A DNA stretch of 64,000 bases from a virus. The stretch spans positions 1 through 64,000 of the IMG/VR virus record IMGVR_UViG_3300027762_000003. One strand, written 5' to 3'. The translations under genes were made by a program, and so were the position numbers. The notes beneath the pieces were generated by a model. The model did no database searches. It had not been told where the DNA came from and saw only the letters and a list, made by a program, of their open reading frames with translations. Shown here piece by piece: positions 63,984-64,000 of this stretch. Each line of letters begins with the position of its first letter. Positions within the stretch are counted from its first letter, which is position 1.

Positions 63984-64000
63984 CAGGGAATAGCTCAGAG
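63984..64000 (+). tRNA. Possible 5' end of a tRNA cut by the window edge
   Basis: 7 nt + TA-GCTC-AG D-arm pattern (CAGGGAATAGCTCAGAG), TATAAT at 63916; only 17 nt visible. Confidence 0.3.

Overview
This 64-kb window is part of a large tailed dsDNA phage, or phage-plasmid/prophage, of a cyanobacterium. The host assignment rests on the dense HIP1 octamer GCGATCGC and on cyanobacterial-type dnaB/dnaG/dnaN and CRISPR repeats. Virion genes are scattered on both strands: a tape-measure-like protein, tail proteins, terminase, portal and a scaffold-like protein. They are mixed with replication genes (dnaB, dnaG, dnaN, SF2 helicase, Rad52-like annealase, probable initiator), a dNTP/dTTP pathway (nrdA, nrdB, dcd, thyX, tmk) and four methyltransferases. 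Main items: (1) a complete type IV-B CRISPR effector locus (cas11-csf2-csf3-cysH, inverted cupin, csf1) behind HD- and DHH-type hydrolases; (2) a 5-repeat/4-spacer I-D-like mini-array 17 kb away, abutting a frameshifted tnpB remnant; (3) a promoter-driven four-hairpin RNA ending in a solitary CRISPR-like repeat; (4) a relaxase-free operon with a membrane FtsK/HerA ATPase, small membrane proteins and two anchored peptidoglycan hydrolases, possibly a cell-to-cell DNA spread system; (5) two inverted ~410-bp lambda-like origin copies 30 kb apart; (6) a conserved structured leader before antirepressor-like genes; (7) an 11-copy promoter/operator family; (8) a C5 methyltransferase whose beta subunit is encoded in an overlapping frame. 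All protein calls come from motif recognition by eye; no database searches were run.
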